A stretch of DNA of 64,000 nt from Takakia lepidozioides. Lineage: Eukaryota; Plantae; Bryophyta. Positions 1 through 13,520 of the stretch are shown here, piece by piece; within the stretch, counting starts at the first letter, position 1; every line of letters starts with the position of its first letter. The position numbers and the translations under genes are program-made. The stretch covers positions 77,190,001 to 77,254,000 of the forward strand of contig CM060732.1 in NCBI GenBank assembly GCA_030704615.1, written 5' to 3'. The notes under the pieces are model-generated. The model made no database searches and was not told where the DNA came from. It saw only the letters and a list, made by a program, of their open reading frames with translations.

Positions 1-318
1 TTTTTTATCTAAATGGTTGTGAGTCTCAGGTCTAATGTTTGTCACAAAGGCCTTGATTTCCCAGGATTCCATGAATATCACAAGTAGACTGACAGTGCAT
101 GTCTGCATGCTCAGACATGCAGAGACATCCCCACATTTTTTGTTGGAAGGTTCTGTGCTCATTATTGAGAACGGAGAGGGGTGAGTCATCAGTGTTGTGT
201 CTCAAAGTCAGCAATGGTTTATTTCACCTCCATGAATGTATTAGGGATGAAGTACAGTTACGGCTGGTAGTAGTACCCACAATGTAGAACCTTGCATTGG
301 AGAGGGGTTGGGTGGCAG

Positions 319-3300
319 GTGCTATTACATTTGTTGAGGGCTGGCTATGCAATTGCTGAGGCACGATTGGCGTCCTCCACACCGGGCGATAATGCAAGGC
401 CACACCCCATACGCACCATCTACTTTGAAAGTCCTGATGCATTTCCACAGATTGATCTGTTCACGTTGGAGACGGCAAAATCGTAAGTAGTAATACGACT
501 CTTGAAATTGAGGGGATTTTTGTTGTAAGATGATTTCTAGCTCTGTAAGTTGTTTGTGAACAAAGGAGGCAGATAGACAAACAGATCAAAGAATGTTCAA
601 ACTGCAAGGCATTTGCAAGGAGGGGCAGGTAAGAAGGTCTGAAGTTGCAAATGAGCTCCAATCGTGGCGGTGGGATCATGTGGTACAGCTACAACTTGGA
701 GATGGAGATCATTCGCTTGGACTTCAAGACAGGAATAGAGGAACTACTGAAGCAAAAGCCCCTCAAAGCCATCTTTCTTGGCACTCGTATTGGAGACCCA
801 AATGCAGTAAGTCCATCTTTTGCAAATCAGGATCTTGGGAAAGACCGAGAGAGTGTACTCATAAGATGTTGTTTGCCGTAGCCTTGTGGCCATAGACCCC
901 CTGCCCAGTTTGGGCGGAACAAAAGGGAACAGGTACTACCTTTATGAGGGGCTCACTCTGGTAGTTTGACTTACCTTGATAGTGACAAATAGTCTCGGGT
1001 TTTCCAGATATCCTCTAGAAAACCCTTCACACAAGCATCACCTTGCAGTGTGTGAGCTGCCCAGCCATTAGACCCCAGCAGGGCCAGGGCTTTAGGCTCC
1101 GCCTCAAGATTTTCAAAGTTGGTGAACTGAGGTGCGGGATAATGTTCTTGATAGTCCTGAAGTGGGTCACTCTCTTGCGAGAATCTCCAGGACAATGTAT
1201 CAGAAAACGGATATTGTCTTCAGGCTGCCTGCACATCGGGCAATTACAATATCCTCTTCCTCTCTGCATCTATTTCTTGTTCAAAGGTAGGCTTCCCGCC
1301 CTAAGTTTAATTCTAACTCTAGTGCCGAGGGTAGGTGGGCCCTTGAGATCATCCTTAAGGTCCTCGCCCATGTCAGACTGGAAACAAGTTCAGGGAAGTT
1401 TTATTCATTTTCATCGTACAGTCTTTGGGCATGAGACATGGATTTGGACACAACCCCCCCAGGTCAGCTTCATCGAGTAGGGTGAATTCTTCTGGACTAA
1501 TATGCAGATATTTGAAAATCTCTTCTACCCTTTTGCCCAGACTTGGCCTGTTTAACAGGACACTCTTGCTTCAGGGTATCTGGTATAAGGCATGTGATTC
1601 AACTGACACCACCATCTGACCTTGAATTGATCACGTCAAGAGCTTAAGGGAGGTATGCCAAACTTGCCCCGAACAGCCACATTAGCTGTTCTAGAACACG
1701 TCGACATGCTTACTTTGAGCACCATGACGTGAATGGATTCAAGAGATTTAGCATGGTTGGAATTGTCGACCCACACAGCAGATGCGTACTCCAAGGCCGG
1801 CCTAATAACATTGCAAAGCATGGTCCTTTTTCAGTATGACTTCCTTTGCAGTGGAAAAATTTAGTGAGACCCAAAGCTTTGGATTTAGCTGATTGAAAGA
1901 GCGAGAGAGAAACAGGGAGGGAGTCCAGAGACAAACCTTTGCTTTTATGTCGTGAGAAATGGAAGATGGAAGGTGGTGGCAGAATATGCTTAATCTGTCT
2001 ATGCCACGTGCAAGTTCTGGTCAATGCCAAAAAGACACCCGGAAGTCCCTCCATCGACATGCACATCTTATGGTTTGTGGGACAGCCCTAGCCATCATGG
2101 CCGAGTTCATCAAAACCATCATGAAGTGATTTCTATCGAAGATTGTTCGGAATCATGCTACCGAAGTTAGGAACAGGGTCTTCACGAGAGAGCTCATTAT
2201 CATGAGACTTTGTTGATGCCTTTGTCATTGAAATCCGCCCAGGTTATAAGATGGCTGCAATTAATAATTCAACAGACGGTCCAGATGTCATTTGTGACAG
2301 TCAAATTGCTGTGAGGCATCAAAGCATGGGGTTGATGTTGGAGAGTTGTGAGTGGACTCCTCAGGTGGGTCAAGAGCAGTTTTCGCCAAGCTCTACAGGC
2401 TGGCCCCCCTTCATGCGCGTGAACCCCATCTTGGACTGGTCATACAGGTAAGTAACACGCTAAATGGTGCAGGTTCCTCCAATTTATATAGGGTTATCCT
2501 GGTTTGTCTTAGTGAATTGAATAGCTTTATAGATGGACTTCACTGAATTTCTGATCGTTGCACATAGCGCAGTCCCTCAACCAAAGTCGTTGTTTTCTTC
2601 AGAAGTTATCTAGGGAGATCATTCAGATGGTTTGATGCTATTATTGAACATAGGACCAAGGTGTCATATGGTTGACTGCATGGTAATTAAACTGGTGGTT
2701 GGTGTGGAGGCAGAGATGTGTGGGCATTCTTATTGGCATGCAAAGTACCCTACTGCAATCTTTATGACATTGGGTAAGACCTAAGACACTCTTAGTTGGT
2801 ATCGAAATATCTAGTTGCAATTGTTATGATGGGGCATGAGCCCATGGGTTCTTCCGTTCTTACCCATATATGTATACACAGCACACATTTACACAAGTAA
2901 CCCTGCTGCATGATGGATGTACATCGCTCACTAGAGTTGTTTGTTATGCCAGATATACATCTATCGGCAGCGTGCACGACACGGTGCCAAATGGTGCTCT
3001 CTGCATATCCAGCATCCTAAGCCCAGTGCAGGAGGAATCAACACCAGCCTCAAGTCTCTGTGAGGAAGTTGGGCTGCCTTCACAAAGCAAGGACAAGTAT
3101 AGGCCTGCATATCTACTGCGGGATGGAAGGCTTGAAAGGGCCGGGAGGCTGAAACGACCAGTCTTGAGGAAGAAAGGAACACCATGTGTCAGTGGAAATG
3201 GGTTAGTTAGTGGGCTTCCACTCTTTGCGGCCTCGGTTGTGGTGGTTGGAGATGAGATTTTGTACGTGTTCTGAACTCTCGACTCTTGATCAAATGTAAC

Positions 3301-6300
3301 TTAGCATTTTAGGGCTGTTCCCATCATTTACAAGGGACATGGGCACCTCACTGGGAGTCGGTGGCAGCCTACACTGAAGTATGACAGTCAAGGCTCTGAA
3401 ATTCAGACCGTGGAAGTTACTAGAAGAAAGAGCATGTCTTTTATCCAGGGGAAAGATACCCAGGCCGTGGTGGCCGGGAGAAAGAAAGAAAGGAACATCA
3501 CAAGTCGACAGAAGTTCAAAGAGCATATGGGACGAATGAACATAGAGAACGAGACAGAAAAGTGGGCCTCTAAACAAGCAGCCCACACAATCATAAAACT
3601 ACAATTCACCTTCTAGAGAATCTCTAAGGTGTTGGGTCTTGTGCTCTGCAAGGCTGATTCTCGTAATGGAACACCTCTGTTATGGAGTCGCTTATCCCAG
3701 AAAAGCAGCAATTGTGGCCTTGGACGTAGGACAGAAGACAGTGAAAGAGGAAATTCAGTCTCAATCTTCCATCTGTCTTGTTTTAGGGCAAGCATGACAG
3801 AGATGTTTGATGTGCTGTAGCTTATCCCGTCTACCAGTCTCAATCCTCAGGCTATGTGAGTTCACCCTTAATTTGGCCAATGCTCTGAGAAGAGAGGAAG
3901 AGGGAAGTGCAATTAAGTAACTGGGCTGTAAGACTCTATCCTTGCAAAGGACGAGGAAATTGTCTCAGTTGAATGTAATATAGTGATGAGTGGCATCGCT
4001 GATCTCCATATCCGTCTGATATGTAGTTCTTTCAGCTGTTGTGCTTAATAAAAATTTGCAGATGCTGTGGGTGTGAGACAGGAGAAATGAAATGAGATGA
4101 AATTTTACTTTATAACGTCCGCGGAAAGCTCAAAGAGCTTATGGGACAAAATGGAACAAAAACATGAGAGAGGAAACAAAACCAGAGCCAAAAAAGAAGG
4201 AGGAAGAGTGTGTGGGTAAAGCTTGAGTAAAGATCTAAGAGAAGCACATGTGGGGGGTTTGTCTAACAGAAGGGGAGAAGTGGAGGATCAGGTGGGCTTG
4301 TATCTGAGCAAGGCGCTTCACTCCATTGGTTGGGCTATCACCCGTTGCGCTGTGGTGCCTAATGATGTGAGTCTGCATATCCAGCATTGCGACACGTGAA
4401 CTTTCTCCTTCCCTTTCCTCCTCTTTCTCTGACATAATCCCCAATTGTGGCCAGACTCCTTTATGATGCGAAATGGAGAGTTCGTTTCATGAGGAATTAA
4501 TTCTCCCTTAGTAATGATATGCTCCTCCCCTCTTGTTCCCCCTCTTCCTTTGACATCATCCCAGTTGTGGTTCAGGTTTCATGAAGATGCTATGGTGTAG
4601 ATGGAGGACATTCAGAGGCATTCACTGAGTAAAAAAGCACATGCAGTCTTACCTGCATTTAGCTTAAAGTACTGCAACTTTCTAGTGCCAACCATAAGAT
4701 TGGATGTATTAACTATTACCTCAATGATGCCTCAGTGTGCTCCATCCATACCTTGGCTTCATATGGAAGGTGGACAATGTCAGTAGAAGGATGTTGGATT
4801 TGTGTGAAGTGAGCAGCATGTCAGGGCAGACATGGGACACAAAGTCGGAAAGTTGTTATAAAGGAGGGCAAGTTCACCAGCTTCTTTTGCATATATAAGT
4901 GAGCCATTTTAAGAGTTTTTCTGTGGTCGCAGATTGATGCTGTTTCGGAGGAGGTTGAGCACAGGGCAAGGTGTAGCGACATGGTGAGTATTCGCTGAAA
5001 TCGTATGAATATTTGTCTCGTTTGAATTGTCCACACCACAAAGGCCCATATGCTGGAATGATTGTTTATTGGCATTTGCTATGAACACTTTGTGTTGCTT
5101 ACAGCATTCTCTGTTGGATAAGCAGAGCATCGTAAACAATAGATATTATCTGCGAGTGGTTTCCCAGAATGATGCATGGTGAAGTGATACATAGGCTGGT
5201 AAGGGTTGATCAATTTTACGGGTTACTGTTTGGATAGCTTTCTCCTTTGTACCATGGTGTTTCTTCAACCTCTCTGCGGGTTACAGTGATGAACAGATGC
5301 TAAGACAGCCTTTTTGTAAAAGCACATTTGCAGGTGTTGATTGCAGGAGCCGTGGGTCCTCTGCATTGTGATGTGACATTGGCAGGCGTTGCCAAGGCTT
5401 TTGGGGTCCGCCTGGTGAGTTGAAAGCTTGCCTGTGGTTTGATGAAGTTTTGTCTCTATGTAATGCTTGTACTGTAGAGGCTATTGACAGTTCTGTTGTA
5501 ACATTGTTGGAAGAATCAAACTCATAAGTCAGGGACGTCTTTAAAGAGAATGAGACCCAGATACGACAAGCAACATTTAGTGAGTGGTGCTTCAAGCTTC
5601 TCTAGCTATGGCACTCATGCCTGCTGTCTGTTAAGTGAATTTTTCCTTTTGGCAGGCCTCAGACGAAGAGTTTGAGGAGGACCTTCGACAACAAATTGGC
5701 AACCACTGTACTGGCGATCAAAACAAGGTATTGACTTGTTTATTATTTGTCCATTTTGTTCACGCCTACTCGCACCTGTCCTCTATTTTTCCCTCACTTG
5801 ACAGTGCGCTTCTTTGACTTCTCATTTCTACCACAGATGGTTTCGCGTATGTGGTGAGTCTTGGGATGAAAACCTGAGCTTGTTTAAGCAGACTTGCGAT
5901 TTCACATTTTTCTAATAAGCTATTGACATGGCTGGTATGAAGGACATATGTTTCCCTTCATATGCAAGTCTGTCTGCAGGGAGGTTGACGAACGAGCCTC
6001 CAAATTTGTATTGATCAAAGAGGCTAATTCAGTGGGTTGTGGATGGATGCCTGCAGATGGCCAAGCTACCAGAGGGCATAACAGAACTCTTACCTCTTCA
6101 GAATGTCACTGTGCCTGTGGTACCCCATCTCCTTCTTTCATTTTTTCTGGAGTTATATACACGAGGGACTCTTGGTTGGGCTGCTCTTAACTTTCTAGGA
6201 ACACAGGTCAAGACTGTGTTATACCTGTCAAAGGGTTAATACCTCACCCTGCTATTACAGTTCACTGTTGTCCTTACAGCAGCTTTAGTCAACCATGACC

Positions 6301-7529
6301 ATCCAAAACGCTGGCTTTAGGAATCTCAATTCTCTGTCTGGAAGGAACAGCTTAAGAGCAATAAGCTGGAAGAACTTGCCTCTTACATGAGAATGTGTCT
6401 CATTCAACTTTGGATTTTGTGCATGCAGATCAAATGTAGAAATGTATTTGTGCTGTCGGGGCCAACGATTTTGGAGGTGGCAGACCAATGGCAAAGTCTG
6501 GTGGAGCTAAGCAAAGAGAGGGATTTGTTCCATGTTCAGCAACCCTTCACGTGTGTGCGCCTACAAACCTGCCTCCCTGATGTGAGTGTAAAGACGTGAC
6601 TTTGTTATGCAAAGACTCCCTGTTCTCATCAAAGCCACTCTCTCCCTATCTCCCTCAAGAAGGGACAATCCCACGTTGGGGATACTGTGGGATGTTGCAA
6701 GTATGCAAAGACTAGACATCCAATGGTCCTGGAGGAAATTATGGACTCTGTTGTGCCTTGTGAGATCGTCCATCTCCTCTGAATACGAGGATTTGTGTCT
6801 ATGCTGCATGATTCTGTTTGTGACATAAACTGGTTTGGTTGCACAGGTGGAGATTGCAGGACCGTTGTCTCGAATTGATGTGGATTTTCCTGATGTAACA
6901 ATTGGTGTGTACTGTCTGGTTCTTGCTGGTAGCTTTGGTTGCTTAACATCCTAGTGCTGGCATGTGTGCTGCTCATTGTGTGATTTCTCAGCTGTCTGGT
7001 GTCGTGTGCGCATAGGAATACATTGAAGAAATACCCAGTTGCTAATTACTTGATGATATTTAGGAAGTTGCATATTGAAGTAAGGCTTGTGACCATTTGG
7101 GCAGGATGCTATCGGGAGTCATCGCAACTAGAAGCTGTCAAGGGTCGGACTGGACAGAGTCCTGGAGGCCTTGTCCTCAGCATTGTTGGCAAGGTGAGCA
7201 TGTTGAGTCTTTGTTTTCTGTTGTCTTTCAAGCTGGGTATTTGTCTGAAGTCAGAAAATAGTCTTTTTTATAATAATGTTTCATCTACGGCTGCCTTTAA
7301 GGTTTGATAGTTTGTCTATTTGTCAAGATTTCTGGACTTTTTTCCTCGTCTTGTGTGCAACTCCCTTTCTTTGACTGTTACTTCTCTTGTGTGATGTATG
7401 GAGCTGTCTTATCTAAAGGTTAGAATGACTGGCCTGTACTGACAGAGTGGGACACGAGTGAGTTCCGCGGCAAACGCGTTGCGTGATGTGTTGCCACCAG
7501 GATCATTGTGTGAACCTCAGGAAGGCTGA
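319..7529 (+). CDS. FAD synthase (PAPS-reductase-like domain fused to a MoCF/CinA-like domain), 5' end outside window
   Basis: GT-AG exons join in frame: 319-482, 689-806, 2365-2447, 2714-2773, 2953-3261, 4270-4366, 4933-4983, 5334-5414, 5656-5727, 6057-6119, 6429-6581, 6847-6904, 7105-7193, 7446-7529 (TGA). Motifs VLLHLLR, AIFLGTRIGDP, FMRVNPILDWSYRDVWAFL, GYTSIG, LERAGR, VVVGDEIL and GPLHCDVTLAGVAKAFG match the plant FAD synthase fusion. Confidence 0.92.
872..1900 (-). mobile_element. 5'-truncated, decayed non-LTR retrotransposon (RTEX-like) in a FAD synthase intron
   Basis: Minus-strand remnants read RPALEYASAVW..LESIH..AVRGKFGIPPL..KVRWW, KLRAGSLPL and CPMCRQPEDNIRFLIHCP (C-terminal Zn finger). 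The 3' end matches the copy at 47773-48038. The 5' boundary is approximate. Confidence 0.75.
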
Positions 7530-8065
7530 TGCGCATTCTTTCAGCAGGTAGGACTTTACATGGTCCTTTTCGTTGCTTTACAACTTTGAGTTTCAGAACG
7601 TGTTACAAGCAAATTCATGGTCTTTAAACCATGTAGCTCATTCTATAAATGTCTTCCGTCCCTGCCTTCTTCCTTGTTTTTCCGATAGAGTGTAACGGTG
7701 GTGAAGTTAAGAATCTGTCTTCAATTCTTTCACTTGCTTGTTGACAGGAGGAAGTATGCTTTGCGGAAGTATGGTACTTCACGACCTCCAATGGATACCT
7801 AGACAAAGAAAGTTAGGAAATAGCTTGTTTCAACTGCTTGTCTCAGGTGCTCAATTCTTTTATCCCCGGCAAATACTTCGTATGAACCTATTCATTTTTT
7901 CAACCATGGGATGTTTACAGAGCAGAATTGCTGTATAATAAGACTCGTGATTTTGGAGGGTTTACATTTTTCAGAGTAGATCCAGGCTGTAGAGTCGAGA
8001 CTTATCCAATGATTCAGCATAACATACAGCATCTTCAACAGCAACTTTTAGCTCTTTTTCGTTGG

Positions 8066-8273
8066 GACAATTGGTCTTCCAATATCCCAGCTTTAGAGAG
8101 TGAGGATCATAACGGATGGTATCGTCTGTAATAACTTGCATGATGTACTCCCACTCTGTGAGACTACAAAACAGAGCGGGACTGCATCATGCAAGTTATA
8201 AAAGAGTATATCGTTGGTTATTATCCTTAACTACTCTGCTAAGCTGGTATATCTGAAGGCCAACAAACTTGTC
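8066..8273 (+). ncRNA. ~200-nt imperfect hairpin, candidate miRNA/hpRNA precursor
   Basis: Perfect 15-bp stem 8131-8145/8185-8199. Pairing extends to 8071/8263, with several G:U pairs on the + strand. Confidence 0.45.
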
Positions 8274-11200
8274 ATCCTTTACTCCTGTCATTTCAACGCA
8301 CAAGAGCCAATGCTGAAATCTATCTGAGCACCTATTACCTCCTGGCCCATCTGCTATTCTCCAATGAAACTTTGGATAGCTCTCATCATCAAATCTGTCC
8401 CCAGATACACGAGTTCTTTGCAGAGCCCTGAATGAAGGTGTGCTGGTTTTTTTAGAATGTGAGTTTTCCTTGGTGCATCAATACCCCAAATCATGAGTCT
8501 CAGCCCCAAATTTGATTTGCATCTCTTCCATTGGATTTAATCGAGTTATAGGGCCAGCAACACAAGAGTTTTGGCCAACCTGGCTTCCCTTGTGATCCTT
8601 GAGTTTCTCCCTCTCTGTAATATCCGTTTATTCATTGCTTGCCGAGATATTCATTCTCTTTATGGGCAATGGCACACTACTCGCTATAAGGGGATACAAG
8701 CTATATTGGGGTGTTCTTTTTTGGTGTACAAGGGTACAATATGTGTGGTGTTCTGTCAAAGAGGATGGCGCTCAATGTAACATGCACCAAAGTCCCGCAT
8801 GTTCATCTTTGATGATAAGCGAAGACAAAAGCACATTTCTTCTATGTTAGTGCATTATTGTATAGGCTAGGAGGATCCGAGGTAGGCACGTTTTGTGAGA
8901 TTAAAGGATAAAGGGAACTTAGCAATGGTGGCCAGATGCTCATTATGATTTTCTCTGTCTTGCTGTGTTTTTTCCTGAGAGTTTGAGTGTGATTCTTGTG
9001 GACTTGGGCAAGGGAACCATTGTTGGTTACGAACTGTTCTACCAAGAGCGAAGGAGCCATGGTGGTGGTAAAGATAGAGAGCTCAACAGTAATGTCAGTG
9101 AGGTGCCTTCAAGAGGAATGAGAGGATATGTGGGTATAGGTATTTAAATCAGGAAGTGAATTAGCCTAACGAGTCCAAGAGCGAAGTAGACAACAAGGTG
9201 GTGTTTGAGGTTGAGGAGGCACTCTTCTGCTGACAAACTTGCAGAGATCTGAGCCATGCCTTGTCTGACTGGGTACAATCCGAGGTGGTGATTCTAGTTG
9301 GATTGGGTGACTGTAGACTACTAGCCAGATGAGGTTGAGCTGGTAAGGAAGTCGAAAATGCACAGGAGTTTATCCGTGGTAACTCCTGAGAATACTTTCT
9401 GGTCTGCCAAGTTTGAAGGCCTGGTTGTTGCTGATACCAAGATGACCCTTGAAAATAGGCAGTATTGCAATGGCCAGGATTACCAATACTAGGAGTTGTT
9501 AAACTTGAACTGTTTGAAGGAGAGTTCAGCAGATGACTTGGGTTGTCCTAATGACAATTTGGGATTTCAATTTGACTAGCCGAGAACTTTGTATCCCAAC
9601 CTTGCATGCTGTTGCATGTGCTGTAGCTGCCCTGTATTTAGCTTAGGACTTGTAATTTTAATAGCTTGATTAGAATTAGGTGAGGTGCCGGCCTACCTGT
9701 GCTGGCACTTGGAAGATCTGGAAGACTTAGTTGTATGCTGTCATCTGGCTGATAAGTTTTAGGCTTAATCTATCTATATATAAACACTGGGGCTTGAGCT
9801 CTCCATTTGGTGTTCACATTAAGTGTACTGTATGGTGGACTTGTGTTTCAGTTGATCATAAGCATAAAGGGCAGGCCCAAGTGTGACATGTATGTGGGGC
9901 CTTGTTGCTTATAATTGTTTGATATGCTATGCTTGCGCCTAGGGTCTTTCCTCTATGGTTTGGCGGTAGCAGCAGTAGATACCGCGTAACCCGGGGTAAC
10001 CACAAAAAGAGTTAGACTCCCTTCAGTTCCCTTTAGACTGCCCTGTAACCCTAAGTGGAGTTTACACTCCCACCCATGTAGCCCAGGGTCACCCTGACTG
10101 GAGTTACACTCCCTTCAGTTCCATGTCACTCTCCAGAGAGGGAGCGGAAGATTTGACATGCCAGAAGACATGCCAGAAACCAGCATACCTTCCTGAGAGA
10201 TTGCAGGGGTGCATCAAATTCTTACATTATTCCTAGTGTTCTTATTATTATGAAAAGAAGGGGAGGAAGCCTCCCTTGAGAGCTTTATTCATGATTATTG
10301 AAGGTAATTACTAACCCTTACATGGGATGGATCTGGACACACCGAAGTCAATTATTAAACCTGAGCAGAGCTTTATATGCATCTCCACATGTTTTAATGT
10401 AAGTCAGCAGAACAATCTCCCTGCGCAACTCAGTCGCTCCGGTGTAGTGCAACAGCGGCTCTCTTTGCAGTCTCTTCTCTTCTGTCTCTCACATGTGGCT
10501 TCCCAGTCCCTACAACTGCACAGAGCAGGCAACCAACCAAATGCTAATTAGTTTCTGGCGGGCGACAGCAATGGAGATGAGCAGGAGCATGCTTATCCCA
10601 AGTTGGGTAGCAACAGATAGGGGCAGCAGTATGTTTAATCTCCTAACAAAAGAACTGGACAACAGATTAGCAGGAACGTATTTAATCTGGGGCGTAGGCA
10701 ACGTACAGATCATTTGCTGCTTGATGACTGAACCTACCATCAAGCTGCAGGCGGCCACAAGGGTGTTTCCATCTCGTCTAGCTCAGGCCAAGGGATAGAA
10801 ATCCGGGCGAGAGGGGTCGTGCAGGTACTCGATCCCGAGTTGGTGCTGCCAACGCTAGTGCCAACGCTGCCACTGGGGCCTGCAGGATCTTGGATGTAGG
10901 GCTGCACAATGGAGAGGTTCAAACGTAATCCTTCCTTCGCTTCAAGGAGCTGCTCTTGGCCACCGGGGGCAAGAGTAGCTGCCGAGTCGCAGAGGTTTCC
11001 TTCCTGCAGCTGATCGATTTTCCCGTGATCTTCCTGGCTTGGGTTTGAGAGAATGGCCCCCGTATAACGAGAATTCTCAGAATGAGCCTCCGCCTGCTTG
11101 GCCTGCTTGGGCTTCTTTGCATTACCCCGCAAATTAACTCGGAGCTGCTTTCGCAAAAAAGGTTTGGATGGCCGCCGCTGATTGTGCTGCAAGTCGGCCT

Positions 11201-12825
11201 GTCCATTAGTTTGTTGCGGATGGGGCTCTTGAGCGCTAGCCATCAGCTCAACAACAATTGTGTGAAAGCTGCTTCCCTTATCTGATGGCACCTGAGATCT
11301 CTACCACAATGCAAGACGCAAAGAACGAACTGAGCACTACACCATCCCACCTTCACTGTTAATCCAATTCAACACCTCCTTTTATACTACTTCATGCGGT
11401 TGATTTCCTATCAAGACTAGTCCTTTCAAAGCAAGATTCGCGGCTCGATTCGCGGTGGTGAGAGGGACGTTGCGCCATCACTGATCCCACCCCATCTCAC
11501 TCTCACGTTAGGTACCATCTTTAAGGTGGGTCTTTGCAGTAGATTAAGAGTAATCCTTCAACTACAGCGCTGAATACCTTTCAAGGAATCACAGATCAGT
11601 GGTTGTAGTAGATTACGAATATATACTCTTCAAGGAGGAGATCCGCATTGGTGATATAGACTTGGCCACCACCCCATGATCCTAACCCATCTCACCCTCA
11701 GCTTGCCAGGGAGCTTGGCTTGCATGTAGATATTTAAGAGCATCATACAAGTGACCACTCAGATGAGGTATAGACAGGTGGGTAATGTCTATGTCTGCAG
11801 TGTGTAAATGCTCTAGGCACACTCACAACTTCCACAGAGGAGAGATTGGAAGAGAGATGGTTTATCTTTGCAAATTCAGTGCAACTAAGCTTTGTGGTTT
11901 CATCCTGCCATTTCATATCGCTGATATCGCTTGTTCAGTTATCGGTTGGGGGCACTTATGTCTTACGGCACTCGGTTGCTAATCCCATTGAACAAGCTCC
12001 ATTAACTTGATGGATACTGAGTCTGTAGACTTGATATGAAATTAGTGGCAAACCAGCTTTAGAATCAATCTTAGTATCCTCACTGAATATATTCTTGATT
12101 TACAAATGATAAAAGATGAAACTAAGAAAATTTAATTATTTAGTTAGATATAACTTTGCTTTTAGTTGTCCCCGGGTGGGGAGTGCCAGGCTGAGGCAGT
12201 TGCAACGGTTGAAACTTGAAACCTCATTATTCCTAATATTAGAAAATTCTAAAAATTGAAATATCTTGTTATCATTTAGTATGTAGTAACTCCAACTAGT
12301 AGTAATTTCTGGATCTTATGCCTCCAAAGTACAACACCTGCAATATCATTTCCACCATATATATTTCATTTTGTCACAAATCATAATGTTTGCAGACTGC
12401 CAGTGCCTTGGCCTTTGGGTCTGGGGCTCAATCCCCTGTGCTGCCTTTGGGCTGGGGCTCTGTGTCCTTATGGGTCAGAAAAGGGGGTTAATTTTCCCCT
12501 GCTTGGGTTTCCTTGGAAAATAAAATAAGTAAATATTTGCAATATGGATTTGACGTGTAGAATTATAAGTTTCATTAAGGATGCTGAATGTGTGTGATTG
12601 CCGCAAAGGCCATTTAAGCTTAGGTTGGGCTTAGCTCGAGTTGGCAGTTATTAGTAATTATAATGAGTAATACTGGGTGGTTATCCCGGCCTCTTGTGGT
12701 CTTTTTTCCCACTTTTCTAATTCAAGTTACAGGGCTTCCGACCTCCCCTTTCCTAGAAAAGAAAAACAATCCACAATTAAAATAAATAAATAATGAAATA
12801 ATGAAAATGAAAATAAATTACTGCA

Positions 12826-13140
12826 GTCGGTTGCTCAGTTGGGTAGAGCACTGAGCTGTGCACCCAGATAATTCTAGTTTCATGTGCCACTACCTTGTGG
12901 GGTGTGGTATGATCTCTCTTCCCTTGGGCCGGTGTTTTGGGCCTTGTGTTCGGCAAGGTTACTTTGAAAGAGGTTATTTTCTTTTTCTTTTTTTTCTCTT
13001 TTTTAATAAAAATAATGACCAGGGGACAGAGGCCCTGGTTAAATTTTATTAATAAATGACGAGGAAAAAATAACCTTATTTTCTCCTCTCACTATAATTA
13101 AGGGGCCTGATTTGAGACTCCCAGTGTTTTCCTTTAATGT
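12826..13140 (+). mobile_element. tRNA-derived SINE, family 1 (interrupted)
   Basis: A-box-like TGCTCAGTTGGGTAGAGC and a degenerate B box. The tail GAAAGAGGTTATTTTCT..GGGCCTGATTTGAG..CTCCCAG..TTTCCTTT is shared with other copies and is followed by an A-rich end. Confidence 0.7.
12983..13075 (-). mobile_element. 93-bp L1 3'-end insertion inside the SINE
   Basis: Poly(T) plus the L1-type stem-loop, ending GGAAAAAATAACC like 15501-15513. Flanked by a 9-bp TSD TTATTTTCT (12974-12982 and 13076-13084). Confidence 0.8.
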
Positions 13141-13361
13141 AAAATAAAAAACAAAAACAGGGATATGATCATGATCCTGCCAGGATGGAACGACTAATCA
13201 GTGGGTTATATAGTGGTAAAAATTGTGGGAGCTTATAGTTGGATGGGCTCATGCCTTTATCCCTGGAGCTGTGGTAGAGGGCTTCAGTGTGGGTTACAGA
13301 TATAAACAAGGAGATTGAATCAATGACCCTTTTTTTCTAATTCTTGAAATATATAATTTAA

Positions 13362-13520
13362 AAGGGAAACTCAGCGACAGCTCACAAATCAGGCCCTTAC
13401 TATAGTGAGAGGAAAAACTTCCAAACGTCTTTCCGAGTAACCTCGCACGAGTGCCAAGCACAACGCTCAAGGGAGATTATAATACAACCCAAAACCCAGT
13501 AGATTCGAGAAGCACCCCCC
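13362..13520 (-). mobile_element. degenerate SINE family 1 copy
   Basis: Reverse complement of the family tail (CTCTCACTATAGTAAGGGCCTGATTTGTGAGCTGTCGC..TTTCCCTTT). Confidence 0.55.

Noticed and set aside
8845-10003. Possible solo LTR (TGTTA start, TATA-like box near 9775)
   Set aside because: No matching TSD or second copy in the window.
10740-11291. 183-aa minus-strand ORF, possibly gag-like
   Set aside because: No recognisable motif, PBS or paired LTRs.
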